Under the pieces are notes generated by a model. That model was not told where the DNA came from, ran no database searches, and saw only the letters and a list, made by a program, of their open reading frames with translations. Positions 13,375-26,498 of a DNA stretch of 64,000 nt are shown one piece after another. The position numbers and the translations under genes are program-made. Each line of letters starts with the position of its first letter. Position 1 is the stretch's first letter. Source of the stretch: Octopus vulgaris (taxonomy: Eukaryota); contig OX597830.1 in NCBI GenBank assembly GCA_951406725.2, positions 2,480,001 to 2,544,000 on the forward strand, read 5' to 3'.

Positions 13375-13680
13375 GCACATGGCTTAGTGGTTAGGGCATT
13401 TGGCCCACAATTGCAAGGTTGAGAGTTCAATTTCCTGTGGTGTGTTGTCTCCTTGAGCAAGACACTTTATTTCCTATTGCCTCAGTCCACTCAGCTGGCA
13501 AAAATGAGTTGTACCTGTAATTTAAGGGAGCAGCCTTGTCACATTTTGCATCATGTGAAATCTCCCTGAGAGCTATGTTAAGGGTATGCATATCTCTGGA
13601 GTACTCAGCCACTTCTACGCCAATCTCATGATCAGGCTGTTCTATTGATTGAATCAACTGGATTACTGATGGAGAGCCAG
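13375..13680 (+). mobile_element. SINE family B
   Basis: tggcttagtggttag...gagttcaatttcc head; cagtccactcagctgg body. Confidence 0.8.
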
Positions 13681-14699
13681 GCCTGCTTAAGAACAATTAA
13701 CAACAACAATAATCTAATAAGAGAGAAATTGATATTATCTGGGAAGATGTTGATGCTAAGAGTCTCACTATAAAGAAACTTTCTCTCAGAATTTCTCTTT
13801 AAAACCTCAGCAAATCATAAGAAGTAACCATTTATGAAATAGTTTTATAATTAAAAAAATTTTTTAGACCTGAGTTAGAGAAATTTCTATTGAAATTTCT
13901 GAATTGTTTCAAAATGATGAGTGGTATAAAAAAAAACACTACTTCATCTTCAACAGAATCAATACTAAGGAAAAAAATAAAACAAATATTTCCCATTATC
14001 TTTTACAAATCCTTTAAAATTCCCTATTTTCACAGCTGTCCAAAGTAATTTAAATTTCATACAAGAAAACCAGTTCCTCTTAAAACTGCTTTCCTTTGCT
14101 GAAGCTCAATAGATTATCAAAGAGTTTGGTTTTGGAGCAGATTAAATGAAATTGCAAAATATTTCAATTTTTGTGCATTAATGCTACACCTCAATTCTGC
14201 CAAATATGTCTGATTCCTTGTCTCTTAGAATTCCTGGCATACATCACTGATTTTCTTGGTTTCTCTCAAACAGAACCAATAACAATTCCTTCTTCCAACG
14301 AAATCATCCGGTCTCTTCTATTTAATTTTTAATTATCCCTCAATTCTTAACTGTAATTACTAAATGAATAAAATATTTGAAAATTTATTGCTAAATAATA
14401 TGCTAAGTGTTTAGACTACTAACTCCATATTTAAACAAACTGTTTATTAGATTTAATGCCAAGAAAGTAAAAGAGTTCCCTTGTGGGAACCAGGCTTGCA
14501 AGAAACAGCATCTGAATCTCCTGTTCAAATCATACTTTCACAGTAGAAACTGCACTTAGATTCCTGTTAGACCAGCTTACCATTACTAACATAAGAACAA
14601 ACATAAAATGATCATGATAGGGATGATACACACACACACACACACACGTACGTATGTACATACATACAACCAGATTACTACCTTCCACTTCGTTTACAG

Positions 14700-15350
14700 T
14701 CCAGAAAGAGGAAATATCAACAAAATACCTGATGCACAAAATGGATACAGATGCAGGAAAAGCTGTAAAATGTGACCACTGATGCAGACTTTGTGGAGTT
14801 CACACTGAAGATATCACCCACATCATAAGCAGTTGTCTGAAAATGTCATCACAGTATTGTCTACTGATGAGACATGATGTTGTAGCTAGGACATTCTATA
14901 ATGAAATCTGTCTGAAGGATAATCCCGAGGACAAAGAAATTAAAACCCACAATATTGAAGAAGCCATAGCCACCTCATAATAAAAAGGAATACTGGTGGA
15001 ATGTCCCAGTGAAGATCTCAATAAAATGAAAGCACAGCAGACCTGATATGATGTTTTGGAATAGAGAAGAGAAACTGTGCAGAGTTGTGGAAATTAACTG
15101 CCCAGCAGATGTTAACATGGAGCTGAAGATCAGTGAAAAAGAGAACACCTTGGCTGAGCTATTGAGAAGTCTGCAGTTACTCTATCCAGATTATAGGTTC
15201 AGGTTTATACCTGTAATTAATGAGACTCAGTGATATGTAACACATTGCCTAAATACCAATCCTGAGAAATTAGGCTTCTCAAAACCAGAAAGGAGTAAGC
15301 TGATTCAGATACTACAGATTCAAGCCATCAATGGCATGCAGAAGTTTATC
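14700..15350 (+). pseudogene. R4/Dong-type non-LTR retrotransposon C-terminus (CCHC knuckle plus restriction-like endonuclease)
   Basis: Hand translation gives CRLCGVHTEDITHIISSC, RHDVVAR and RPDMMFWNREEKLCRVVEINCP...EKENT (PD-D/ExK RLE motifs), broken by stops. Confidence 0.8.
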
Positions 15351-15794
15351 ATTTCAGTGTATATGAGCATATCTAGATATGCAGAGCTATATACTTGAAA
15401 ATACATACATAAAACAAAAACATGCAAAACTGCATACATACATACATGCATACAAAAATTACCTGTTAATGTACGTTACTTTGTATGCACTTATGCATCC
15501 TAGTCATTGCAATTTCATCAAGGGTCCATCACTCATGACATTTTCAAAGAGAACTGATTCCAACAATAGTGTCATGGTTTATATTTGACAGAATGCTGGT
15601 CTTATAATCACTTCTGCTAGTAATACAGTTGAAGTGTAGCTTTAAACATTTGTTCAGATTCCAATTCATTGTAACAGTATTTGGTTTACATGTTGCTGTC
15701 TGGTGATCATTATTTATTCAGAGGTAGTGTACTTATTCTGCATTTATACCCTCCGTTTATATTATTGTTATTATTATAATTAGTAGTAGTTGTA

Positions 15795-16025
15795 GTCATC
15801 ATCATCGTTTAACGTCCGCTTTCCATGCTAGCATGGGTTGGATGATTTGACTGAGGGCTGGTGAACCAGATGGCTGCACCAGGCTCCAATCTTGATCTGA
15901 CAGAGTTTCTACAACTGGATGCCCTTCCTAACACCAACCACTCCGAGAGTGTAGTGGGTGCTTTTACGTGCCACTAACATGAGGGCCAGTCAGGCAGTAC
16001 TGGCAACAGCCACACTCAAATGGAA
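15795..16025 (-). mobile_element. RTE 3' tail fragment
   Basis: Reverse complement of 47380-47597, ending in (GAT)n. Similar tails at 25500-25670, 30360-30570, 34810-35010, 39835-40030, 51307-51640, 53385-53640, 54730-54920 and 55205-55490. Confidence 0.85.
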
Positions 16026-18075
16026 ATACCATGTACATACAAGTCATTAAACTTTACAAAGAGTACTGGGTGATTTTCTTGTTCTACTAGTGGTGGGAAT
16101 AGCTGGAAAGAAACTAAAGATGGTGAAGGGATGCCAGAGCATCTCAAAAGTACAAGAAGTACAAGAGAGAATACAGGCAGTGAACTAAGGTGGGGAGGAG
16201 AGGTGGTAATTTTGTATGAATGTCAGAGGAGGGTAACCAATGGTCAGATATGGGGTGGTACCTACCTTAGTATCAGCCAAAACACACCTAGATTGCCATT
16301 TCAAAACATTTTAGAGCCTGTTCATGTCTTGTGTTCATAAGAGAAAATTTAGAAGTGAAAATTTGGTACATGTCCTCCACACAATTTAAGAATTTAGCCT
16401 TCTTATTTAACCCATTTGAGAGATAATCTGGTATCTGTCAGGATCACTTATCCCTCTCATACTCTGTATATACACATATATATACATATATACGATCGTT
16501 GTGAGCAATAAATTTTCTCATGTATTCCCTTTTCTATCATTTGTTACATAAATATTTATGAATATGTATGGCCAGAGGAGAAAGGCTGTACTCATGTTTT
16601 AATGCATGGTCTTAGTAGAAGATGACTGGAAAATCTTGGGGTGCATGTCTATGTAACTACTAAGTAGGGTTTGGTCATCTATGATCTTTTATTTCTCAGA
16701 TCTTCCAAGACTGGTGGGAGGCAAAAAAAAAAAGATGGGAAACAGGGTACCCACCCCATAGACTGATTGCAATAGAATGAACTCCTTTAAATTTATCCAA
16801 CGGCTAAGGGTGGCATGTCTAGAATTAAGTCTATCACAAAAGAACTCAGAATGCCAAGACCCCATACAGACACGAAGACAAGACTCTTTCCATGCAATTT
16901 GGACAATCTACTGCTCTTGGCTGGTGTTTTATTTTCTCAAACATAAAAGGTTGAGAATCCAAACTGATTTTGGTGATTTTTGATCTCCCACAAAGTCTAC
17001 AAATGATGGTGCTTATAATTCTGTATTTCTACTTCTAACAATTTAAGAATTTAGCCTTCTTATTAAATGTTTATCAAGCAAAACTTGTAATGTTGGCCTT
17101 CTCAAAGAACTAACAGAAATGGTTGACAGAAATTCTTGGAATGAAGTTCACTGATTTCATAATACAAATGTGCAAGAATTTTTGAAAATTTACCGTTTTA
17201 GAGACATTATTGCAGAGAAATAGTGATATGAGAAGAATCTTGTTTCCTAGTTGAAGATATTTTCTGATTGTCTTCAGTGCAAGGCGTTTTAAGTAACAAT
17301 GAAAGAAGCATATAATTATATACATCAATAAAAGGTTACACACACACACTGATAAATATACATTTGTGTGTGTGTGTTTATAGTAATATATACGTTCATA
17401 TACAGACATAACACCCCACTGCACACATCTATACATACATTGTGCATGTATGTGTATGAGTGTAAACATACAGATATATCTAGATGTGTTTAAAAAGGAG
17501 TTTATTGACCAAATAATCAATTAATCTGTCTTTAATTCTGTTATTCTCTTCAACCTTCTCTACAGCATACACACACATACAAATGCACACACATGCACAC
17601 TCATACACACAGACACACACATAGAGACACCTTTTTAAAATATATGATTGCACACATGTACGTTAATATATCAAAATACCAAGCCAAACAGACGCAGACA
17701 TATCGTTGGTGGATGACTCCAACTCATTAATTTGTCTAACAATGATTGATAAACCTATTATATGAAATTCTTAGCTTTATTTATAAGGGAATCAATTAGA
17801 TTCCAGGGTATCGGTGCCATCAAATGGCCTCTAATTGACTAAGTGGCTTTGTCAAGAGAAAATATGGTCTGTTTAAATCTATTGTTGCCTCTTCTCTGTT
17901 CACAACAAAAGGAAACCATCTTCAGTCGATTCCAACTTGAGAAAATCAAAATCATATTAAAGAATTACGAATTTCAAACTTTACCAAGTTATTATTGGAC
18001 ATTAAAAAATAGACATATATCTATTTATTTGTATGCATGCATGTATATATATGCGTGTGTATATATACACCCATT

Positions 18076-18108
<33 letters not shown>

Positions 18109-18113
18109 GTATA

Positions 18114-18153
<40 letters not shown>

Positions 18154-18294
18154 CACATATATACATGCACTGTATTTATTCATGCATATTGCAAGAAATT
18201 TAGTGCAAAATATTAGGGTGAAAATTGGCAGGAAGCACTATGTTGGAGGTCAAATCAAATTTGTGTAAGTATAGTTTAGACATATATGTATGCA

Positions 18295-18325
<31 letters not shown>

Positions 18326-18454
18326 GTGTGTGTGTATCTGACTCATGAAAATAATAAAGTATGTAATAGAATCAGCAGATGTGTTTCTTACAGACAAGAT
18401 GACCCTTTCACTGGCAGATTCATTGAAAGATCAACCAATAAATCGAATTAGTTT

Positions 18455-18855
18455 CCCTTTTACCTGTTCAGTAATGAGACAACGGCCATGCTGGGGCATC
18501 ACCTTGAAGAATTTTTGTTGAAGGAATTGATCTTAGTCATTATTTTTTTTTAAGCTTGGTACTTATTCTATTGGTCTCTTTCGCCGAACTGCTATGTTAC
18601 AGGGACATAAGTACACCAACACCAGCTGTTAAGTGGTGAAGTGGAGACAAACACACACACACACACACACACACACATCTATATATATATGACAGGCTTC
18701 TTTCAGTTTTCATCTACCAAACCCACTCACAAGGTTTTGGTTGGCCCCAGGCTATAGTAGAAGACAATTGCCCAAGGTGCCACGAAGTGGGACTGAACCC
18801 AGAACCATGGAGTTGGGAGGCAAGCTTCTGACCACACAGCCATTTCTGCGCCTAT
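18455..18855 (-). mobile_element. SINE family A
   Basis: Family blocks with internal (CA)n. Confidence 0.85.
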
Positions 18856-18969
18856 ATAGCCACTCCCGCACCTAAGTATACATATACGTATATATATAAG
18901 GAGAATTCAAAAAAAAAACAAAAGACGAAGACAGGTGGTGTTGAGAACAAATGCTCGGGAATTGAAAAG

Positions 18970-19007
18970 CCTTTAATGTTTCGAGACTGCGCTCTTCCAC
19001 AGAAAGG
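18970..19007 (-). ncRNA. Degenerate minimal hammerhead fold in PLE-type fragment (18897-19030)
   Basis: CCUUU-CUGUGGAA-GAG(CGCAGU)CUC-GAAACAUU/AAAGG. Confidence 0.55.
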
Positions 19008-19025
19008 AACACAGAAAGAAACAAG

Positions 19026-19074
<49 letters not shown>

Positions 19075-19075
<1 letters not shown>

Positions 19076-19820
19076 TAAAAGAAACCCTAATCACCAGGAA
19101 CTATCCACCTTCACTTATTGACAAGTGCATTCAACGTGCCCTTCAACTTAACATCAAGGAACTGAGACATCCCAAATCAAAGAAAAACTTACAACCAAAA
19201 GCCTTACCATACATCTCCACACACAACCCTCTCAATAACGAAGCCTTCGACACCATCCTCCACAACATACCCCTCCTAAAAAAAGACCACAGAATGAACA
19301 CAATCCTCCAAACACACACGATCATAAAAAGCAAAAGACAGCCTAGATCCATGAAAAGTCTCCTTACACAAGCCCGAATTCACTCTTCAACACAGAAGCC
19401 GACAGTAAAAAATGTGGAAGACCCAATTGCGGGATATGCGACTATCTAATTGAGGGATCAGAGTTCTCCTTCAAACAGGGACAACGGTTTACAGTGAAAA
19501 GCAACTTCACATGTGCTTCGGAGAACCTAATATACTCACTAACCTGCTCCGGGTGTCAAGAGCAGTACATAGGCCAAACAAAAAATAGTTTGCGTAAACG
19601 AATGGCCCTGCACAGATCCCAGATAAAAATTCCCCAAAACAGAAAAATAGCTTTTAGCCAACACATAGATACTTGCGCCAACAAAAAAACACCAAACTTC
19701 AGAATTTTCCCCCTCTACCAATTTAGGGACGATACAACCTCGAGACAACGAATAAGTAAAGAAAATCTCCTTATTACAAAATACAAGCCACTTCTTAACG
19801 GGTCTACAACAAACAATTAA
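19075..19820 (+). pseudogene. PLE RT-thumb/linker and GIY-YIG endonuclease (one frameshift near 19410)
   Basis: RNYPPSLID, LPYISTHNP, KRQPRSMKSLL, CGRPNCGIC, then NLIYSLTCSGCQEQYIGQT...LRKRMALHRS...KENLLITKYKPLLN; the Cys-rich linker suggests a Neptune/Naiad type. Confidence 0.9.
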
Positions 19821-19944
19821 TATACCTCAACTTTAGAATAAAAGGAAAAAATATATATACACACACAAATATTACACTCCATAGAATCCATTACTAATCA
19901 GCCCCATCATAGCTATACTTACACCCAATCATATTCTCCCTTCT

Positions 19945-19952
19945 CTGTTTTT

Positions 19953-19985
<33 letters not shown>

Positions 19986-20200
19986 ATCATCATCATTATC
20001 ATCATCATCGTCGTCATCATCATCACCACCATCATCACCACCATCTTCTCCTTCTCCTCCTTCTTCTTCTTCTTCTTCTTCTTCTTCATCATCATCATTA
20101 TCATCATCATCGTCGTCATAATCATCACCACCACCACCATCATCGTCATCTTCTCCTTCTCCTTCTTCTTCTTCTTCTTCTTCTTCTTCTTCTACTTCTC
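19945..20200. repeat. Compound (CTT)n/(CAT)n repeat with higher-order duplication
   Basis: Direct reading of the sequence. Confidence 0.9.
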
Positions 20201-20549
20201 CACCCCCACCCCTTAACTTTGTCACTAATGTTTTTTAGTATAACACCTACGCTAATTCTATAAACAAGCCTGTCAATATAAATATTCTCCTGAATTGAAC
20301 TGAGACTGCCAGCCGCCACTGACCATTCAAAATACGACCATCAGGGCACTCCCAGATTCTCCCACCCCCTTTCCTCACCAGCCTTCTTCCTCTACTACCC
20401 TACCAAGAACTCACAACGACCTCCAACACACAAGTGCAAACAAGGGAGTCAGAGAAAGGCAGAATGCCACTTAAATCTGAACACTACTATAGAAATATTC
20501 TTTTAAAAAAACTTTTCTTCTAATTTTTCTAAATTTAATTATTTAATCG

Positions 20550-20593
20550 TTACAGTTGAAAAGGTCTCAAAATGACCGAAACCGGTACTGAAA
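20550..20593 (+). ncRNA. Minimal type I hammerhead ribozyme in the PLE 3' repeat
   Basis: UUACAG-UUGAAAA-GGUC(UCAAAAU)GACC-GAAA-CCGG-UA/CUGAAA; palindromic helix III ACCGGU; U3/A8 covariation. Confidence 0.8.
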
Positions 20594-20677
20594 TGTTCAC
20601 TATAAAATTATTTTAGCATTTTCTATTTTTGACTTGTTTTTTCATATATATCAACTCGTGTGTTCCTTTTCACCCTT

Positions 20678-20734
<57 letters not shown>

Positions 20735-20844
20735 TATAGAACTATAAAAGTTAATGTAAGGTACTGAAACAAAAAAAAAAAAATTTGTCAAGGGAATATA
20801 GTTTTTCTTTTCTTTTAAAGAAGTGATTATAGACAGGGGCTGTC

Positions 20845-21135
20845 TGTCAGTTATGATAATGAAGCTTACAATTGATCTGGGTTGAGAAATTAACATGCAA
20901 CTGGCTGAAAGTTCCACAGATGGACATGCGTACCCTTAACATAGGTCTCAGGGAGATTCAGCATGACAAGTCCAGCCCCTCTTGAATTACAGGTACAAGC
21001 CCTTTTTGCCAGCTGACTGAGTGGACTAGAGCAATGGGGAATAAAGTGTCCTGCTCAAGGACAAAATTTGCCACTGGAAATTTACAACCTTACAATCCCA
21101 AACCAAATACCCTAAGCACAAAGCCATACGCCTTC
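20845..21135 (-). mobile_element. SINE family B
   Basis: Homologous to 850-1167. Confidence 0.75.
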
Positions 21136-21159
21136 ATTGATTATACACAAATATATATT

Positions 21160-21550
21160 CATAGGTGCAGAAATGGCTGTGTGGTAAGTAGCATGCTTAC
21201 CAACCACATGGTTCTGGGTTTAGTCCCACTGTGGGGCACCTTGGGCAAGTGTCTTCTATCACCTCTGGCACACCAAAGCCTTGTGAGTGGATTTGGTAGC
21301 CAGAAACTGAAAGAAGCCCATCGCATATATACCTGTGTGTGTGTATGTTTGTGTCTTTTCCCACCACCATCACTTGACGACCAATGTTGGTGTGTTCACG
21401 TCGCCGTAACTTAGCAGTTCGGCTGAAGAGACTGATACAATAAGTATTAGGCTTACAAAGAATAAGTCCTGGAGTCGATTTGCTCGACTAAAGGCAGTGT
21501 TCCAGTATGGCCATAGTCAAATGACTGAAACAAATAAATGAATAAAAGAA
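21160..21550 (+). mobile_element. SINE family A
   Basis: tggctgtgtggtaag...gggtttagtcccac head; ends gactgaaacaaataaa. Confidence 0.85.
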
Positions 21551-22167
21551 TATATATATATAGATATATATAAATTCAATTAGAGGTTAAATTAGCCTCG
21601 TTAAGGGATGGTATCGTCTAATGAATTACTAGTTCAATACCTAATATTTGTTGTGACTAATAACATTTATAAAACAATAGGTTTATACATTAATCATGGT
21701 TTATAAATCATTCAAAAGAAAGTAAGAAAATGGAGACGTAGCATTTAATAAAAATTCATTATTTTTTTGAAGATGCAGGTGCCCTTAACCCTTAAGTAAT
21801 TTTATTTTTATTTATATTGATATAAGCATCTTCTCTTTTAGAAGCAAAACATCTTAGTTTTTCCGTTAGATTGATTTAATTAGATTATACAGGAATACTA
21901 TTTTTTAAAAATATTTAACCAATCAAATTGTTTTTTGACTTTACATGATCTGTACCAATATTTTGTAAGAGTGAGTGTACATTTTTTTAGTGTGTATGTA
22001 TTATTCATGTATGCATACTTGTTCACTTATCTGCATATGCATACACACACATGCACCCATTTATATATGGATATGTATATAAAGGTATACATGCTTTATA
22101 TGGACAAAAATGTGTACTATGTATAAGTGCTTGGTTGTGTGTACATATGTATATATGAATATATATC

Positions 22168-22511
22168 TGAGGGTGAGTCAAAAAGTAATGCCACACTCAC
22201 CAGATTCAGTGCCTTTGGACTATCATCTCTTTGGCACCACGAAAGAGGGTTTGAGAGGCAAACATTATTCCAGTGATGAAGTGAAAACTGTAGTGAAGAA
22301 GTGGCTCAAACAACAGTCAACAGAATTTTACATGGCAAGCATACATGCTCTCAAAGGTGGAACATTGCTATTGAGAGAAACGGTGACTATGTTGAGAAGT
22401 AAGGATGTAATCCACAGAGGACCAGCTTCATTTTGATGTATGATACATGTTCTTGTGTTGGTAATTATACCTGTCCTAAACAAAATGGCATTACTTTTTG
22501 ACTCATCCTTG
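22168..22511 (+). mobile_element. Internally deleted mariner
   Basis: TIRs gagggtgagtcaaaaagtaatgcca / tggcattactttttgactcatcctt; retains HSPDSVPLDYHLFG...VKKWLKQQSTEFY. Confidence 0.85.
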
Positions 22512-23229
22512 TATATACATATGTGTGTGTATATGTATGTATATATATATGCATATATATGTTTGGTTTTTTATATGTATTTATTTACGTGAATTGGTGC
22601 ACATTCATGCATCTCCATGTATGTGTGCATACGTACATTCTTATTTGTATCTATTGTTTTTGTATGATACAGGCGTGTGCATGTGTGAGTTTATTCATAT
22701 ATTTATATCTAGATGCATATGTATATGTATATATATGTATCTGCACTGAATTAAAAGATAAATGCTCTTTGACTGGTGTTAATATATGCTGATGTATTAT
22801 TTTCATAGATGTTTCCTTCAGCTTTATTAACCTAAGTATATATTTTATCTCCTCATTCATATGATACTCGTCTTCACTGTAATTTACTACTCAGCCTCTA
22901 TTTATTTACCAATTATTACCTTGATTATACTCACATATTATCCATCACCCACTAAAACAACCTATAACCCCCTAATCCAGGCATATAGCAATATTAGCCA
23001 TTAAATAATACTCAGTCTGCTGTGAAAATTCTAGAATACAACACATAAAAGCCTAATGGTACATCTTTCTTCACATGCTCATTTATTAATTTCTTTAATT
23101 TCTTCATCCGTTTTTTTTCAATGTCAGCATGGTTTAGATGAATTCATATTGTTAAGGGATTGTTTTTCCCATGGTTTTTTTTTTGTAACTTCCTTGTTTC
23201 TAATGAAAGCAGGAGATTTAAGGGTGAGG

Positions 23230-23530
23230 CTATTTCACTCACAATTGGAAGGTCATCACTTGAATTTCATGTATTGCATTGTATCCTTCAGCAAGACCCT
23301 TATTTCACGTTGCCCCAATCCACTCAGCTGTCAAAATTGAGTTGTACATGTAATTCATAGGGGGCCAGCTTTGTCACATTCTGTGTCATGCTAAATCTCC
23401 CTGAGAACTACATTAAGAGTATGTGTGTATGTGGAGCGCTCAGCCACTTTCATATTAATTTCACCAGCAGGCTGTTCCACTGATCAGATCATCTGGAACA
23501 CTCATTGTTGTAACTGACAGAATTCCATCT
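23230..23530 (+). mobile_element. SINE family B, degenerate
   Basis: caatccactcagctg...gccagctttgtcacattc block. Confidence 0.7.
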
Positions 23531-24215
23531 TCCTTCTTCTTCTTCTTCTTATTGTTGTTTCTATCTTTCTCTCTTCCATACCCTGATGATAATAAGCTTA
23601 ATTTAGATTTTCGTTCCATTTGAGATTACAGCTACTAATTCACTTAACGGTCTCTCCCCTGACAGTTGGTATTTGCTAAATAACTGGGCTTCTCACTAAA
23701 GAGTCTGATAATAGACAATCACCATACCATATGAATCAGTGCAGCCAATACCTGAAAGAATTACAGTTCTACAAAGAGAAGAAAATTCTTGAAAATTGTT
23801 TCCACAAATCAAGTTACAACTAATATATTTTTGGCATTTACCATCTTTACAAGAACAAGCTATCATTTATCTTTCAATTAATACCATTCTGTTGTTTGGA
23901 ATAAAATGTTGCAAGACATATTCCAAGACAGTTTGGATTATCTTTTGACAGAGTCTTGGAGCCTAAAATAGATTCTGTTAACTTTGGCTCAGCATAAAAA
24001 CTTCTTTGGAAGAGGTGTGTCTGGCAAAGAATGGAATATCTGAGTGCCACTTAATTTGTTGAGCCTCACTCATCAACTGAAAGGAAATACTAAGTTGTCC
24101 TCATCATTATTTGAAATTATAATGGAAAGGGAGACAACAAAACTGATGCCCTTGTCCAGGGAAATTATGTTTATTACTCTACCAGTGCATGAGTTATTGG
24201 TAGATCATGAAACAT

Positions 24216-24429
24216 ATTCTTTTATTCTTTAACTTGTTTCAGTCATTTTGACTGCAACCATGCTGGAGCACCGCCTTTAGTCAAACAAATCGACCCCAGG
24301 TCTTATTCTTCGTTAGCCTAGTACTTATTCTATCAGTCTCTTTTGCTGAACCACTAAGTTACGGGGACGTAAACACACCAGCATCAGTTATCAAGCGATG
24401 TTGGGGGACAAGCACATGCACACATGCAG

Positions 24430-24465
<36 letters not shown>

Positions 24466-25294
24466 GTATGTATATATGTTAAGTTAAGTTAATTTTTTGG
24501 CTCAAAAAGCAAAAAGCAAGGCTATGTAGGGGGATATGGAGTTATGTACAGGGAGGATGTTCATGCAAAGAGTTCAGGCCATTACTGGTCAAGAGAGACT
24601 TTGAACCGAGCGGTCATCGGCATCTTCACTATCTCATCCGGCAGCTTATTCCACGGATCTGCAGCCCAGACGGAGAAAGCCCCTCTCCTTCGATTGAGAT
24701 GAAATCGTCGCAGATAGAGCTTTTCGGAGTGAGCACGCAGCCGATGTTCTGGAGCAGGAGTGAAGAACAGTTCTTTCGAGAGGTTACACTTTCCGCTTAT
24801 GATGTTGTGAGCGAGAATGAGGTCACCACGGCGGCGGCGTTTTTCGAGGGAATAAAGGTCGAGCGTCTTCAGCCTTTCTTCATAAGACAAATGCTTGAGA
24901 CCAAGAACCATGCGGGTAGCCAGCTTCTGGACTCTTTCCATATATGTATGTATATATAAATCTTTAGTTAAATATATTCAAAGAGAATATTATATACTGA
25001 ATTTATATTGAGTGCTCTATTGTATCAAAGTATTAATACTATTAAAGTATTTATATATTTAATATGAGCTATTATATATGTATATATATTTTTTTTTTAA
25101 TAATATATTATTATCATAAATATTAGGAAATCAGTATCAGAAAACTCCTCATAAAGATATACACGTGTGAAAAAAAATTGTTGTATTAAAAATATATAAA
25201 TAAATATAAATATGTATAAAAATATATGTAAAATAAATATATAACGTATATGACAGTTTAAAAGTTTTGAATTAAGTATTTAAAGCATCTTACA

Positions 25295-25338
<44 letters not shown>

Positions 25339-25478
25339 GACGGGCTTCTTTCAGTTTGCGTCTACCAAATCCACTCACAAGGCTTTGGTCGGCCCGAAGC
25401 TATAGTTGAAGACACTTGCCCAAGGTGCCACACAGTGGAACTGAACTCAAAACCATGTGGTTCATAAGCAAGCTACTT
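24216..25478 (-). mobile_element. SINE family A split by nested insertions (halves 24216-24440 and 25338-25478)
   Basis: 3' and 5' halves are collinear, separated at the internal microsatellite by a CR1 and an AT-rich insert. Confidence 0.7.
24478..24941 (-). pseudogene. CR1-clade LINE 3' end
   Basis: ERVQKLATRMVLGLKHLSYEERLKTLDLYSLEKRRRRGDLI...WNKLP; (TTAAC)n 3' tail. Confidence 0.9.
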
Positions 25479-26155
25479 AGATCTATCTATCTATCTATCT
25501 ATCATCATCCTCACCATTTAACGTCCGTTTTCCATGCTGGCATGAGTTAGACCATTTGACAGAAGCTGGCACGTCAGAGGGCTGCACCAAGCACCAGTGC
25601 CCTTCTTTATACCAACCAGTTTACTGAGTGTACAGGTTGTTTTTATGTGGCACCAGCACAGGTGCATTTTAAGAGCTACCAGCATATATAAATGTGTATA
25701 CATACATATATATAAATGCACACACACACACACACATATGTATATATCTATATACATTCATGCACACACACACATACACACACACACACACACACACATT
25801 CTCTTACTTTATTATCATCTTATAATCATCTCATAATAATGGCCTATATGACTCGTATTACTACCTCAATCAATCTAAATGTATATATTTGTCACTACCT
25901 CTCATAAATAGCCTTTTTCTATTTGCAATATGCATTTTCGTTGACCTTTTATATTTTACCCTTACATTTCCACGTGTATTTTATATTTTCTTTTCGTAAC
26001 ATATTTCTACTATATATATATATATATATATATATTGTTATATTTCGGAATGGTCATTTTGCCAGTTTAGCCAATAAAATCACACGCACTATATATATTT
26101 GGTGTTACTTTGCTTCAGTGTTATTTATTTTTTACATCAATCTTAATCTTATTTC

Positions 26156-26200
26156 GGCCAGAGATCTTTCGTCACACTCTTGTGACTGCATCAGTGGTCC
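26156..26200 (-). ncRNA. Hammerhead-like fold, left arm
   Basis: GGACCA-CUGAUGCA-GUCAC(AAGAGU)GUGAC-GAAA-GAUC-UC/UGGCC; palindromic AGAUCU helix III; one extra core nucleotide. Confidence 0.65.
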
Positions 26201-26292
26201 TTTGCTTTCTTCTTTCTTATTTGTGTCTCTCCTTACTAACCGTCAGCTGACGGTTAGTAAGGAGAGACACAAATAAGAAAGAAGAAAACAAA

Positions 26293-26337
26293 GGACCACT
26301 GATGCGGTCACAGGAGTGTGACGAAAGAACTCTGGCC
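26293..26337 (+). ncRNA. Hammerhead-like fold, right arm
   Basis: GGACCA-CUGAUGCG-GUCAC(AGGAGU)GUGAC-GAAA-GAAC-UC/UGGCC. Confidence 0.6.
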
Positions 26338-26498
26338 TAAATAAGATTAAGATTGATGTAAAAAATAAATAACACTGAAGCAAAGTAACACCAAATATAT
26401 ATAGTGCGTGTGATTTTATTGGCTAAACTGGCAAAATGACCATTCCGAAATATAACAATATCTGTTTCAACACACGACTTCACATAAAATAATCTTGT

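Larger units (their letters stand above)
19075..20676 (+). mobile_element. Penelope-like retroelement, 5'-truncated, between (TA)n tracts
   Basis: RT thumb/linker plus GIY-YIG ORF, a 3' UTR with (CTT/CAT)n, and a 3' hammerhead. Confidence 0.9.
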
